From the NCBI GenBank assembly GCA_951406725.2, contig OX597822.1, positions 83,390,001 to 83,454,000 of the forward strand: a stretch of DNA of 64,000 bases. The letters run 5' to 3'. The number at the start of each line of letters is the position of its first letter. The first letter of the stretch is position 1. Source of the stretch: Octopus vulgaris. Taxonomy: Eukaryota. Of the stretch, positions 28,675 through 42,427 are shown in pieces. The notes under the pieces are model-generated. The model ran no database searches. It saw only the letters and a list, made by a program, of their open reading frames with translations, and had not been told where the DNA came from. The translations under genes and the position numbers were made by a program.

Positions 28675-29385
28675 ACACATATATATTCATAATCAGTATG
28701 GAGAGAGGTTAATTGTGTGTGACTGAACAAAATTTTAAAACTCAAATAAAGAGAGAATAGTTTGAAGCAACAAATTTCAGAAAGATGGTGTGACAGTTCC
28801 TATGCATTGTCCTCACAGTGTCTTTATATTTAAATGATTCAAGTCATAACAAGTCGAGCTGTCACTTCGTTCTTCTTTTTGGTGTCTAATAGTTTATGTT
28901 GCAACGAAGATTTTAGCCAATAATTCATTCCTGATAGAATTTTGTGATTTTAAATTACTAAAGAGACAAATTTCGGAAGCTAACTAATACGTTCAGGTGT
29001 TATTGTCAAAGGTTGTTCATAGTAATTACCCATCTGTCTGTGTTGTTTAGCGAGTTAACTGTCAGCTCATTAGTCGGCAGGGGTGGGGAGTGGGTAAAGC
29101 TTTCCAATGATCGTAACACTGACTTTGTGAAGCTAATATTTTAATTGGAACGATTTTAGTAGTTCTTCCAGCTCCTTTAAACGAATACGTACATACACTC
29201 ATACATATATACATACATACGCATACAAACACGGGCACGCACACATATGTATGTATGTATGAATGTGTGTGTGTGTGTGTGTATACATACATATATACAT
29301 ACATACCTACATATGTAAAAAAAATAAATAAATACACATAATATAATGTCTAAAAGTTGATTCCATTTTCTTATTGCTGTGTATA

Positions 29386-29608
29386 CTCTTTTATTCTTTT
29401 ACTTGTTTCAGTCATTTGACTGCCGCTATGCTGGAGCACTGCCTTTAGTAGAAGAAATCGACCCTAGGACTTATTCTTTGTAAGCCTAATACTTATTCTA
29501 CCGGTCTTTTTGCCGATCCGATAAATTACGGGGACGTAAACACGCCAGCATCGGTTGTCAAGCGATGTTGGGGGACAAATACAGACACACAAACATATAC
29601 ACACACAT

Positions 29609-29703
<95 letters not shown>

Positions 29704-29878
29704 CATATATATATACGACAGGCTTCTTTCAGTTTCCGTCTACCAAATCCACTCACAAGGCTTTGGTCGGCTCGAGGCTATATTAGAAGACACTTGCCCA
29801 AGGTGTAACGCAGTGGGACTGAACCCGGAACCATGTGGTTGGTAAGCAAACTACTTACCACACACCCACTCCTGCGCA
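29386..29878 (-). mobile_element. Full-length SINE family A with internal (TA)n
   Basis: tRNA-like head with GGTTCAGTCCC, ACCTTGGGCAAGT box, internal TA tract and CAAATGACTGAAACAAGTAAAAG tail. Confidence 0.92.
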
Positions 29879-29899
29879 TATATATATATATATATATAT

Positions 29900-30065
29900 A
29901 TTAGAAGAAATGAGGTACTCCAGTTCAATTTGAAAACTTCACTAGAATGGACGAAAGCGCTAATATATGATATATGATATATGATGTATAAAAACATGTA
30001 ATATATAAATAAATATCTGTAAATATAAAACCATCCGGATTTCTGAGTACCTCATTTCTTCTAAT
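29900..30065. repeat. Small element with 21-bp inverted arms within (TA)n
   Basis: ATTAGAAGAAATGAGGTACTC (29900-29920) and its reverse complement at 30045-30065. Confidence 0.75.
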
Positions 30066-30184
30066 TCCTGTACCTGATCTTTAAACCTTTTAATATATAT
30101 ATATATATATACATATATACGGTGTTGAGCACTCACTTTCATTGTTCGACATTTGCGTGTATATATATATATATATATATATAT

Positions 30185-30230
<46 letters not shown>

Positions 30231-31166
30231 TCTTTTTGATGGGAAGGAAATTTCCAAGTTGTTTATTCTTTAGAACAGATTTCTCAATCTTTCTTTCAAT
30301 CATGGCTCTGCCTCTTCAAAATATTTTGCATATTCTAGTTTCAAATTACCTCTGAACTAAACTTACTTGAGATTATAGTTTGTCTTTGCAATGTGCTGTG
30401 TTCTAGGATATTTCGCTCAGCTAAATTCTTATATCACGCTTTGATCTCATACATCCTATCTATTTGTCTATTTAGAATAATATTCGCTAAATAAAAACCA
30501 GTTTGCTCCATATATGATCTTGAAAAATAATAATTTTCAATATAAACTTTGATACTGTTTTATTTAATTGCGAAAATTCTATCTTTCCTTCATTATCGCC
30601 TATATTGTTGTAGTTATTGCTTAATAATGCAATTAATTCTAATTGAAATTCTTCAGCTGCACCAATATTATAATTAAATAGATATATTATCCATGATTTT
30701 GCACGAAAGCAAATAAATCAGAGTATTTTTCGTTCCTATCAGACTTTAATGATAAGAAATGTCCATAATATCTTTCAGAATCCATTCCGTTAAATAAGCA
30801 ACATATTTTTCTATCAATCCAGGCATGATCGCTCTGTAGTATATTTTAAATAAATTTGCGAGTAAATCTTTATATTTTTTAAAAAACGATTTCAATACAC
30901 TTTTATTCTAAATCAATGTAATCAATTTTCCTTGAAGTAAAATTGATACCTATTTACGCTTTCGAAATATTATTGAAGCTATATAACATTTTATGGTTTT
31001 CTTATTTTTTCAGTAATATTTCCGCCCTTTTCGCTTTCATGGAAGTTCAATCTGCTTTATAAATGTTATTAAGGAAATTCCTTTGGAGACCCATTTGTTT
31101 TTTATATGAAAAACAGGTTTTGCATACAATTTAATGCAAACAGAAAAATATATCGTCAATAAATTC

Positions 31167-31562
31167 CTTTATTCCTTTACTTGTTTCAGTCATTTGACTG
31201 CGGCCATGCTAGAGCACCACCTTTAAGTTGAACACATCGACCTCAGGACTTATTTTTGTAAGCCTAGTACTTATTTTATCAGTCTCTTTTGCCGAACTGC
31301 TAGCTGACTGGGACGCTAATACACCAACATCGGTTATCATGCGATGGTTGGTGTATGGGGCGATGGGACAAGCACAGGCACAGATAACAAGCCCACGCAC
31401 ACACATACATACGACGGGCTTCTTTCAGTTTCCGCCTACCAAATTCACTCACAAGGCTTTGGTTGGCTCAAGGCTATAGTAGAAGACCCTTACCCGAGGT
31501 ACCACGCAGTAAGACTGAATCCGGAACCATGTGGTTGGTAAGTAAGCTTCTTACCGCACAGC

Positions 31563-31604
<42 letters not shown>

Positions 31605-31757
31605 GACGGGCTCCTTTCAGTTTCCGTCTACCCAATCCACTCACAAGGCTTGGGTCGGCCCGAGGCTATAGTAGAGTGCACTTGCCCAAGGTGCCACACA
31701 GTAGGACTGAACCTGAAACCTTGCGGCTGGGAAGCAAGCTTCTTACCACACAAGCAC
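31167..31757 (-). mobile_element. SINE family A copy plus an adjacent second 5' half
   Basis: Family A motifs at 31167-31562 and 31603-31757, joined by (TA)n. Confidence 0.85.
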
Positions 31758-31887
31758 TATGATCATATTTGTTATATAATTGTATTTTAATGATATTTTT
31801 CTTATACATACATACACACATAAGCGCATCTCATTTCAGATAACAGTTTCTGTGCCTACCGCTATTCTTTGCAACAATTTTTATCAT

Positions 31888-32213
31888 GGAAGCACTCCGT
31901 CGGTTACGACGATGAGGGTTCTGGTTGATCCGACCAACGGAACAGCCTGCTCGTGAAATTAACGTGTAAGTGGCTGAGCACTCCACAGACACGTGTACCC
32001 TTTGAAATACAGGTACAACAGAAACAGGAAGAAAGAGTGAGAGAAAGTTCTGGTGAAAGAGTACAGCAGGGATCACCACCATCCCCTGCCGGAGCCCCGT
32101 GGAGCTTTAGGTGTTTTCGCTCAATAAACACTCACAACGCCCGGTCTGGGAATCGAAACCGCGATCCTACGACCGCGAGTCTGCTGCCCTAATCACTGGG
32201 TCATTGCGCCTCC
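31888..32213 (-). mobile_element. tRNA-derived SINE family C (tail variant 2) with 14-bp TSD
   Basis: TSD ACAATTTTTATCAT at 31874-31887 and 32214-32227. A/B-box head GGCGCAATGACCCAGTG...GGTTTCGATTCC. Confidence 0.92.
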
Positions 32214-32706
32214 ACAATTTTTATCATATATAATACAATATTGATTTCATCTAATTTGCTATGTTATTTGTTGTTTTTGTTGTTGTTTTACTAAATATGT
32301 AAGTTAGATTACTATTCAAAACGTACATTTCATGTCGAAATGTGTTTACAGCATATACGAGATTTATTAACGCACGGGACTCTAGCACAGCCGACGTTTT
32401 GACATTTCTGTGCCTCCTCAACCAGAAGTGACACAGAATTAATGAAAATTGAGTCGAAGCTCTTGTTTATAAATTCAGCAAATAGATTCTTTGTTGATGC
32501 GTGTTAATATCAGCTAACCGATAATAAATCGTCCTATGCACAGTCAACAACGACGATCAAAACTTTGACTTGAACATCTACTTCTAATATTTTCAAATAT
32601 ACCGGATTGTATTAAAAATAAATATACAAGACAACATTTTAGTTTTCAGTTGTTTTTATAGGTAGCAGTTTCATTAGCTTTAATTGAATGCTTTCTTTAT
32701 TAATGA

Positions 32707-33092
32707 CTAGCAGTATCGCCCGGCGTTGCTCAGGTTTGTAAGGGAAATAACTATAAAGCATTTTTAGAGAGTTATAGCCAAAAAATAGCAAAAAAATGGA
32801 AAAAAAATGATGGTAAATTTTTTTTGAGAGTTAAAAAAGGTAGAGTTGCGTCCCCTAGACGGTCTGTGGTTTGGGTTTCTAATTCTTGACCCCATGTCGA
32901 ATTTATCGATTTTTTTCAGAACTGGGGGAACTTTTCAAAATTTTCGCTGCGTTAGTTTTGAATTATGACATTGGGCTATGTGTGTGTCAAGTTTCATCAG
33001 AATCGGTTGAAAGCCGTGGTCAGAGTGAGGGTACGAGAAAACAGACACACAGAAACACGCACAGACAAACTGCCGTTTATATAGAGAGAGAT
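32707..33092 (+). mobile_element. Non-autonomous Helitron/Helentron-type element
   Basis: Starts ACTAGCAGTATCGCCCGGCGTTGC. Contains AAGTTTCATCAGAATCGG and ends (CAGA)-rich...TTTATATAGAGAGAGAT, as typical of these elements. Confidence 0.65.
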
Positions 33093-33721
33093 TAAGAAGT
33101 CTTCATGGTGTGAAAGCTTCATAGAAAAATTCCTTTTACATAAAGACACAACCTTTTCGACCGAAAACGTTTTCCTCAAAACACGCATTCACTATGGCAG
33201 TAATCACACTTTTTGCTATAATTAAACTTAATAAGGAGTCTTTTGTATTATGTAATTAAAATAAGAAGTTGATAACGACACAACATCTTTAAAATATCTG
33301 GAATTTAAAGCTCAACATCCGTTAGCTTTCTCATTTGAAAAACTTTATCAAATAAAACATTAACCTCAATTACGCTGTTTTTGTCCTCATTCAATATCTA
33401 AATGAAATTCTTAAGATACCTTTAAAAGACTTACAATTTCAAATTGTAAATATTGCTAATTACGCAAGATGCCATTTCATCTCAGGTGAATCACTATATT
33501 GCTACTTTAGATAAAAAACAAAACAATAAACAGAACAAAAGACGCAATACCATTAAAAAACACTAAAAGCATTCATGTGAAGCACACACGATATTGAAGT
33601 CAACGTGGCCTCATCGTCAAGAAACAGGCTAACCTTACATTCCCTACCTTAGAGTTTGCTTCGTTTTAAAATTGAAGTTAATACATTTCTCAATACTCTT
33701 TTGTTCATGAATTTCATATTA

Positions 33722-33862
33722 TTAGGTTGTCCCAAAAGTTCGTAAACACTTGCGAAAATTGAATTTTTACTCGCCAAGTACTAATAAAAACAACAAAAAT
33801 TATTCCTCAAAATAATGACCATTATTTTCCAAGACTTTCTACGAACTTTTGGGACAACCTTA
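33722..33862. mobile_element. Mariner-derived MITE
   Basis: 21-bp TIRs AGGTTGTCCCAAAAGTTCGTA / TACGAACTTTTGGGACAACCT in TA context. Confidence 0.85.
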
Positions 33863-34704
33863 TATAACAAAGGAAGCTTTCGAAACTACATTTTCATTTC
33901 AACAAGCATAAAGCCAATTTGAATGATTAAATTAAAGTGACTAAAAATGAGAACGATATCTTTATGTCCATGCTGGAAAATGAAGTTGCAGTGAACGTTA
34001 AAAGAACCACAATATTTAATATCCATCAAATAATACGAAAACAACATCTGCTTACATTTCCCATTAACGTTCTTACTAATCAGGCTAAGACAGCATAATA
34101 CAAGAACAAAGATTAAAAGTTAATCACCTGCCTCTAACTGTTATAACAGAACACATTGCTAATTGTTACACGTGGTACAAGAACAACACAAAAGGTACAA
34201 GAACAACACAATGACCATCGGCTCATTGAGAAGAATGATAATGAAAAACTGCAAGATTCTACAGAATAATTTATGCATAAGGCTTAAGAAATATTGCATA
34301 GTTACCTGATTGCGGAGCTACTTAGAATGATTAGCTCTAAGTCTCATCAATATCAGCAATGCTAGAATGACACATTGAAAATTCTACACGATAGGGAATA
34401 AGAAATCACTTCAGACTGTAGCTGTTTCGGCGTTAATACCTATTTAAATTCCACTTGTGCTTGTAGAAGTCGTTTGAAAGGTCATCTGTAAAAGGTACGT
34501 GTAAGAGCACCACTTCAGTCAATTGCTGCTTGTTGCTGTTCCTACTTTCATTATCGCTGTAAAAGGCCGTACGCCTTCAGCCATTTCACATTATTTCTTC
34601 TTGCATCGTCTGTTTTCGCACGCTTCAAAATCATATTTATTTATTAAGGTTGTTGCAATGAACTTTTTATTTCAGTATACATGTTAAGTGGTGTTGTCGA
34701 CATA

Positions 34705-34793
<89 letters not shown>

Positions 34794-34832
34794 CTATATA
34801 TATATCTATCTATCTATATATACACATATATA

Positions 34833-34868
<36 letters not shown>

Positions 34869-34974
34869 TGTATGTATGCATTAGATATATATCGCGGAAA
34901 GTATTATGCAAAACCACATAATCTAATAATCTCTGCAGCTCTAAACGTATTTTAACGCAATCTTCTTGAACACT

Positions 34975-35757
34975 GTAAAATGTATTTGCCAACGTAAATC
35001 GGCATTCCTGAGTAAGTTGATGTTACTGTTTCTACCTTTTTTTCAGCCCCAGGAAAATATCTTTTCTAGTCGGCTACCGACGCACAACTGCGTCCTTATA
35101 CCTCGAACAAGCTAGCTAATGTCTCCACTCAGCCTTAAACGGTACCTGCGGACCTGCGGACCATGGTTTCTGAGTTATTTAATCTTCATCGGCACAGGAT
35201 AACCGTTGGCTAGAGATGGCAACGCTAGACCTTGTTCGAGGTATACACTTTAAAGTGACACACAGTCACTGATCTGGTAAAGGAAACAATTAGTTTTAAA
35301 TCTCTGAGCGAGAAATAAGTAATAACAGTACTCAGAGTAAAATATATTTGCCAACGTAAATTGGCAGTCCTGATTAGGACGATGTTACTACCTTTTTTTA
35401 ACCCCATGAAAACATCTTTACCAGCTGGCTACCAACGCACTACTGCGTCCTTATACCTCGAACAAGGCTAGCGCTGTCATTTCTAACCAGCGGTTATCAT
35501 ATGCCGATGAAAAGAAATAACTCAGAACCATGGTCCTCAGGTACTGTTAAAATCACATTGGGGACATTAGCTCCCTTGTTCGAGGCATAAGGACACAGTT
35601 GCGCGCCGATAGCCAGCTGGAAAATACGTTTTCCTGGAGAAAAAAAAAGGTAGTAACATCGTCTCAATCAGGACTGACAATTTACGTTGGCAAATAGATT
35701 TTACTACTTGTTTCTACTTACTTCTCGCTCAGAGATTTAAAACTAATTGCTTTCTTC
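34975..35757. mobile_element. Diverged tandem/inverted cluster of the hammerhead-bearing family
   Basis: Direct repeats from about 34984 and 35347. Inverted arms about 35283-35467 and 35574-35757. Shares GCCAGCTGG...CCTGG and CTCGCTCAGAGATTTAA with the 25- and 55-kb elements. Confidence 0.7.
35153..35198 (-). ncRNA. Variant hammerhead motif (CCGAUGA core)
   Basis: cctgtg-CCGATGA-(weak stem II)-GAAA-C(CATG)G-TC-cgcagg. A sister motif on the + strand at 35498-35541 lacks one A of GAAA. Confidence 0.5.
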
Positions 35758-36639
35758 TTTTTTTAACATTTCTCCAATTAAATGATAAAAATTATTACTG
35801 AACAGATAAGAAATCCTGCAATATTAAAGAAGTAATAGAAATTGAGTTGGATGTGAAAGAAGCATGACACTGTGGCAGTTTCCTTTTTCCATCTTCTCCA
35901 TATAGAGGCGAGGGATAGAAGGAACCTGTGAAAGAATACGTTCGTTTGCACGTTTTTAGTAAATTCAAAATGAACGTGTGGTTGCTGTAGATATAAATCT
36001 ATAATTATGTTTCAACACTCAAGCATATATTTCACCGAGGCGAGAAATAATTGCATACAAACAATTTGTCATATCACGTAGAGTTTATGGAAATGATGTC
36101 GCATCCATTTGTAATCTTTCATATTCTCAAATCTCTATTAATTGGCAGATCGAATTTGATATGGAACTTATACTTATGTTAAATACAACCTAATCACGTG
36201 AAAACACACGAAAAGTATGAACAAACATGCATGATGTTTTTACAATAGATCCATAATACAGAATTTATATGGGAAGAGATTCGTATCTTCATATAAACTA
36301 ACGCAAAGGAAATTTGTCTGTGATTCTTACGCTGCTGGATGTGCAAGATGTAGCGTGGAGTTGGCAGATGTCATGACAAACCTGAATCCATTGAAATCGT
36401 TGTTGGATAACAAAGGATAAACGTGTCATTTTGTGTTGAAATATGTACAACGTCCTTTCAAAATGAACTCACTGTAAATTACATGAGAAATTTGCTGAAA
36501 GAGTTGTGATGAATTATTTAGGTTAATGAACCAGACACAAATGGGTGAAACGATCATGTTTGAAATTGGGAAGAATAATAAGAAATGTAGGAATAGAATT
36601 TGCTTTCTCTTGATTTGTTGAAACGTATTTATAGTTTGT

Positions 36640-37030
36640 CTTTTATCGTTTGTTACTGGACTCGGCCATGCTGGGGTACTGTCTTGAAAGGTTTAGTCGA
36701 ACAGCTCCATGCCATTCATTTTTCATTGTTAAGTCTTGTACTTATTCTCTTTTGTCGAATCACTATGTTACAGAGTCGTAAACAGACCAACAGTGGTTGT
36801 TAAGCAGTGATAGAAAAAAATCTTCGAAACTCTCAAACACATACACACTTACACACAATTACAATGGACTTCCACACAGTTTCCGTTAATGAAATCCACA
36901 CACAAGGCTTTGGTCGTCCCGGTGTTGTATTAGAAAATATTTCCCGAAGGTGATTGACATGAGAGGGAGTGAACCCGAAACCACGTGTTTGCAACGTGAG
37001 CTTCCTAACCACAGATCTGTGCCTACGCCT
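36640..37030 (-). mobile_element. Old SINE family A copy
   Basis: Degenerate CGGCCATGCTGGGG, ACAAGGCTTTGGTCG and GAACCCGAAACCAC motifs. Confidence 0.7.
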
Positions 37031-37779
37031 TCAAATCATATCAGTCACAAGTTACTCTTGACCATTTTATATTCAACAAAACATCTGTAGTGGGAATATA
37101 TATTCAGTACCAGGTGTTGATATGGCTGCGTGTATGTGATTACAAGAATTCATAGAGAGAAGAAGAATAAATTTAAGAACTATATATTTACTACATAAAA
37201 ATATATTTTATTTACTGGTCGATGATGATACATAATCAGAATGTAGAATCTAGTTGAATGAAGTAATCTATGCAAGAAAATTCATATAGAAATAACAGCT
37301 AAGTTGTGGCTTTCAGTCATGTGGTGTAGAGAAATAGACGGACATAGCAATAACGTGAATGGCTCTAAGTCTAATCAACTAAAAAGGTAAGAGCAGGGTT
37401 AGCAAGCTGTTTTTATTAAAAGAACGCTAGATATTTTAGAGACTTCCAAGAGAAACGCTATGCTTCTTGAATGATTAAGCATCACGTCTCATAGCACAGA
37501 TGCTTCGAGAAACTTAGTAAAGGGAGATTACTCTATAAACCTTCTTGCAAGGGAATCTTGCAACTATTTAGCTCCACAGACTACTGCACATTCTTCTTTC
37601 AAAAATTCTTCACAATTCAATATTTTGAACAGTGAAATTCCGGTTTTTTTGCCGAAAACTCCTTCTCTCTCTATAAATTCAACACACATGGGTTTCAAAT
37701 TTTAGCACAAGGCCTGCAAGTTCGAGGGAGGGGGTAAGTCGATTACATCGACCCCAGTGCTCAACAGTAATTTTCTGCA

Positions 37780-38520
37780 TACGAATTGCGCGCCAGATAT
37801 CATGTTCCTGATAACATGGTGTCAGATAACGGAAATCAAGTTACCTTAGATGAGTTAAGAAAATTTTGTAAAATGTTCGTTATCGAACACGTGAGCACTT
37901 CGCCGTACTATCTTAGGTCAAATGGACAAACGAAGCGTTTTGTCGACACTTTCAATCGGGCATTAAAAAAGTCGAACAATGAAGTAGTGGACGACCTTGC
38001 ACTTCAACAACTTCTAAGAGTGTACCGAGTAACATCTGATCCGAATACCACGTTTGATGTTTGCTAGAAAGAGCATCCTAGATAAGTTGATACCGAGTCA
38101 AAATAGAAAAAAAGAGAACAACAAAAATATTTTTTTAAAAAACATATAGATATGGTAAAAGAAGCTGGGAGGACGGTGTAATTATTAAACAAATTGGAAA
38201 AATATTCTTCCTGGTAAAAGGAAAAAAAACTTGAGCTTAAGAAAACACATTAATCAATTTAAGTAAAAAAAAAAAAAAGATTTTCTGCAAAAACGGCCAC
38301 CAGAAATGAAATCCCCATGGAAGTATTGTACGACACTTTTGATGTGCTAACACCCCAAACAATGTGACACTACATGTTCGAGCACCAGAAAACGGAAAAG
38401 AACGAAAGTATTGGAATTGTACCCAAAGCGTCAGAGACATTGAAACTCTGAGCGGAGTTTAATTCTCAAAAGGCGAGAAGTTTGGGGAGACTAATTCTAA
38501 AACGAGATGTTGTGAAGGAT
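37780..38520 (+). mobile_element. Gypsy/Ty3 LTR retrotransposon integrase relic
   Basis: VPDNMVSDNGNQ...EHVSTSPYYLRSNGQTKRFVDTFNRALKK...LRVYRVT, an rve core with degenerate residues. Confidence 0.85.
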
Positions 38521-38793
38521 TCCGACTACCTCGTGTGAATAAAAGTGGACTAACACATTTCTATAAAATAAGTTACCGTAAGCAATTGACTGGTAAGTAG
38601 TTCACTGTCAGCCGTTAGCGGAGAATGTTTAACCTCGTATAACAGTAACAGCAGTGCGTCGTGTAAATAACTTCTTCCCTCTTGCTTCCTTAAATTATTT
38701 ATACACCAAGATATAATATGTATACCTACATACATACATGCATACATACATATATAAACAACCAAAACACACAGACATACACATGTATTATAC

Positions 38794-38912
<119 letters not shown>

Positions 38913-39359
38913 TATATGTGTATGTATAGAGTGCTAGGTATGATGTGTACAGAAATTGAATATTGAGAAAAAAAATGTCGTCAGAATTTTGGAAAAATCT
39001 TTTTATTTCTTCATTATTATTAGCGCTTTCATTCCTTTCTCTGAACGTGTCAAATATAATTTTGTGAATGTACAATGGCTTGTTCTTTTGTATAAAACAA
39101 ATGCTTTTGGGGGATTTTGTTTAGAGGAGAACATTGTTTTTGGTATTTTCGGGTGAGGTTCCATGACAATGGAGATGGATATATAGAAATATAGGTAGGT
39201 AGATACATAGATAGATAAATAGATAGACGGATAGACAGACAGTCAGGCAGTATGTATGTATGTATGTATGTATGTATGTATGTATGTATAAATGTATATA
39301 TACAAATATATATTGATGTTTGTGTGTGTGTGAATGTATATGTATTAATTGCACATAGA

Positions 39360-39505
39360 CGTCTAAAAATTGACTCCCACCCTACAGGACTTGGTTTGCG
39401 TTTAGCAACTGAGAGTGCATACGCGTCCTCATTGCAAAGGATGAGCCCAAGACTCGAACCCGTGACCCAATGATCATGGTCCAAATATCCTACCTGCAAT
39501 GCTGC
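39360..39505 (-). mobile_element. Decayed tRNA-derived SINE or tRNA pseudogene
   Basis: GGGTCACGGGTTCGAGTC B-box context. No complete cloverleaf. Confidence 0.45.
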
Positions 39506-39635
39506 TACACATACAGACAACAGACACATATGTCAGTCTGTTTCTATGTATGTCTCTCATTCTCCCTTTATGTGCTTGCTAAGTTATTTTATAAAAAAAC
39601 AGGAATGCGTTTTAATGCATTGTTGTGGTATTTCC

Positions 39636-39695
<60 letters not shown>

Positions 39696-40476
39696 TAATA
39701 ACCTATAATTTTCTCATTTCTTGCTGTCAGCTATAATAATGCTTTTTGTAATTCCATTGAAATACAACAGAGAAAAGACAATTAATTATGTTTTACAGTT
39801 TACTTGAGATGTCGTATATTTAAAAGTTGAATGAAAATATATTGCGTTTGAAAAGAAAACAAATCTATATGTGCATTAATTTCATCAGAAAATGTTTGAA
39901 TAAAATATCAACTTTATAAAACTAAAATAAGGAACTAAAGTATTTTTTCACATACAACCGTTGCATAAATTTTACTCTTTATTGATATGTTGTTGATATT
40001 TTTCTTTTTTCCAAAAAATCTTTATGTTATACTTTAAGAAAATTATGTTGATAGCTATTACCATGAAAAATTAACTACGACATGCAGCAGTGTGTTATAT
40101 TTTTCTAATCATATATTTTGTAAATAATAACCTCATTCCTGATTGTTTTCCAACGTGTCAATCGCTGAATTTACGATGGCAGAATGACTAGATTTTTCAT
40201 ACAACTCAGGCGGAATAAAGATTGATTTCAAATTTTGGCTCAAGGCCGGCAATTTTGGGAGAGCAATAAGTAGATACCATCGAAATCAGTGCTCAAGTAG
40301 TACTTATGTTATCGACCCCAAAATGGGTCTATAAACATTTTGCCCGACATGTTAACAATACTTCTAGCTTGCCAATTTGCGTGAGATAAATATTACAAGC
40401 AGTTTTTGTATCCTGCCAAAGTAGTTCCCCTCCAATACATACGCTTACATCAACACATGCATACATACAAATATAG

Positions 40477-40538
<62 letters not shown>

Positions 40539-41044
40539 TTATAAAGTTTGTATATTCATTTCCAGAGTGGTAAAAATGAACCATCCCAGGATGAAGAGTG
40601 CTATGTAGATAGATAATCGGATGAAAATAAATAGCGCAGTCGCTCGATCTATTAACAATCGCAAATAATTCTCCCTCGGTTTACACACATTCTCATAATG
40701 ATACATAAGACAAAGTACTCCTCGACATACTATGTCTAGTATATGGTTAGAAATAAAAATCTTCAATAATATGCCGATTTAGTGAGGACTAAGCTGGGGC
40801 AAATCAACAAAAACTACAATTAGCTTATGATTTTTATAGCTGATTGCATTTGACAGATAAATATGGATTAATAATTATTGAATACAATGTTGATTATCGA
40901 TATGAGAAGCAGAAACTGCGGTAAATCGAAACCCAAATAGAAATTCGCGAAGACAAGAACTAGAGTAATTAACTTAAGACATGTTATCAGATAATCTGGT
41001 GTTTTTAACAAGGTTTTTTTTTTATAAAGATATTTTCTATAAGT

Positions 41045-41480
41045 CTTTTCTCTCTTACTTATTTCAATCATTAGACAACGGCCATGCTGGGGCACCGCCT
41101 TGAAGAATTGTTAGTGGATTGAATCGACCCCAATACTTACTTCTTTTAAGGTTTATACTTTTTGTATCGGTCTTTTTAATCATTTTTAATCGATAAGTAT
41201 CGGTCTTTTTTTAAACGATAAGTCACGGGGATGTACAAACACCAACACTGGTTGTCGAGCGGTGGTGGGGGGGCAAGTACAAAGACACACACGCATGCAC
41301 GCACACACATACACACGCACACACACGCACACACACGCACACACACATATACATACACACAGATAGACACACCCACACACACGACGGTCTTTGAGCTTCC
41401 GTCTACCACACCCATGTACAAGTCTTTATTCGGCCCAGGCTATAGTGGAAGAACCTTGTCCAATGTGCTTCCTACCACAC
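41045..41480 (-). mobile_element. SINE family A copy
   Basis: CGGCCATGCTGGGGCACCGCC, internal CA tract and GGCTATAGTGGAAGA. Confidence 0.8.
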
Positions 41481-41659
41481 AGTCACTCTCACACTAGACA
41501 CAAAACCCCTTTTGTGGCCGAGAAGGGGCAGAATCTCTTGATTTATCACAGGCATTATTGTTTTAACGACCAGTTGGTTGGTTAAATGGCCACCTCGCTA
41601 TGTCTGCTGTTCATATATCAGAGAATATATAATACTGCAAATTATCTGATTGCTGCTGT

Positions 41660-41700
<41 letters not shown>

Positions 41701-42332
41701 CATCAGGTCAGGCTTTATTGAATATGCATATGATCGAAAGCGAGCGAGCTTTGATCCACACATTTTTATATGTTAGTGATGTCCATCGTATCCATCGTTA
41801 TTAAACCCCACTGGGTGTAGTTATTAAGAGATTTGGTTGCTATTTCTCTAGGGTCATGCGGGCGCACGTTTTCATATGCCTCGCATTCTTTCAGAGATAA
41901 ATAAATATTGATTGATTAACTAATTTTGAGATCCGTTATGCAAACCACCGACAGCTGTGAACATGAAAGGAAAATCTGCCAAAGCAGATTTTCTGTTATT
42001 ATTGTAAAACTTTAATAGTTCATGATTTTTTTAAAGACAGCACAAATGCTAATTACTTTGTAAAATAGTTCACAGTTTATAATTATTTAATGTAATGGAA
42101 GCGTTTATTGTTACTCTTAGTATACTGCCATATACTAATATATGATGTTGTATCATATAAGTTATGTTAAAGCAAAACATTTCAGAAGTTAAGAAAATCA
42201 ATTCACACCATACGCTTATCTATTTGATATTTCGCCAGACATGTCCAATAGCACAAAGTACACACTGATACGCAACCAAATACGCGTATTTGCCAGTATT
42301 TCCGTCTCTTGTTACATACACGCGTTCACATA

Positions 42333-42427
<95 letters not shown>

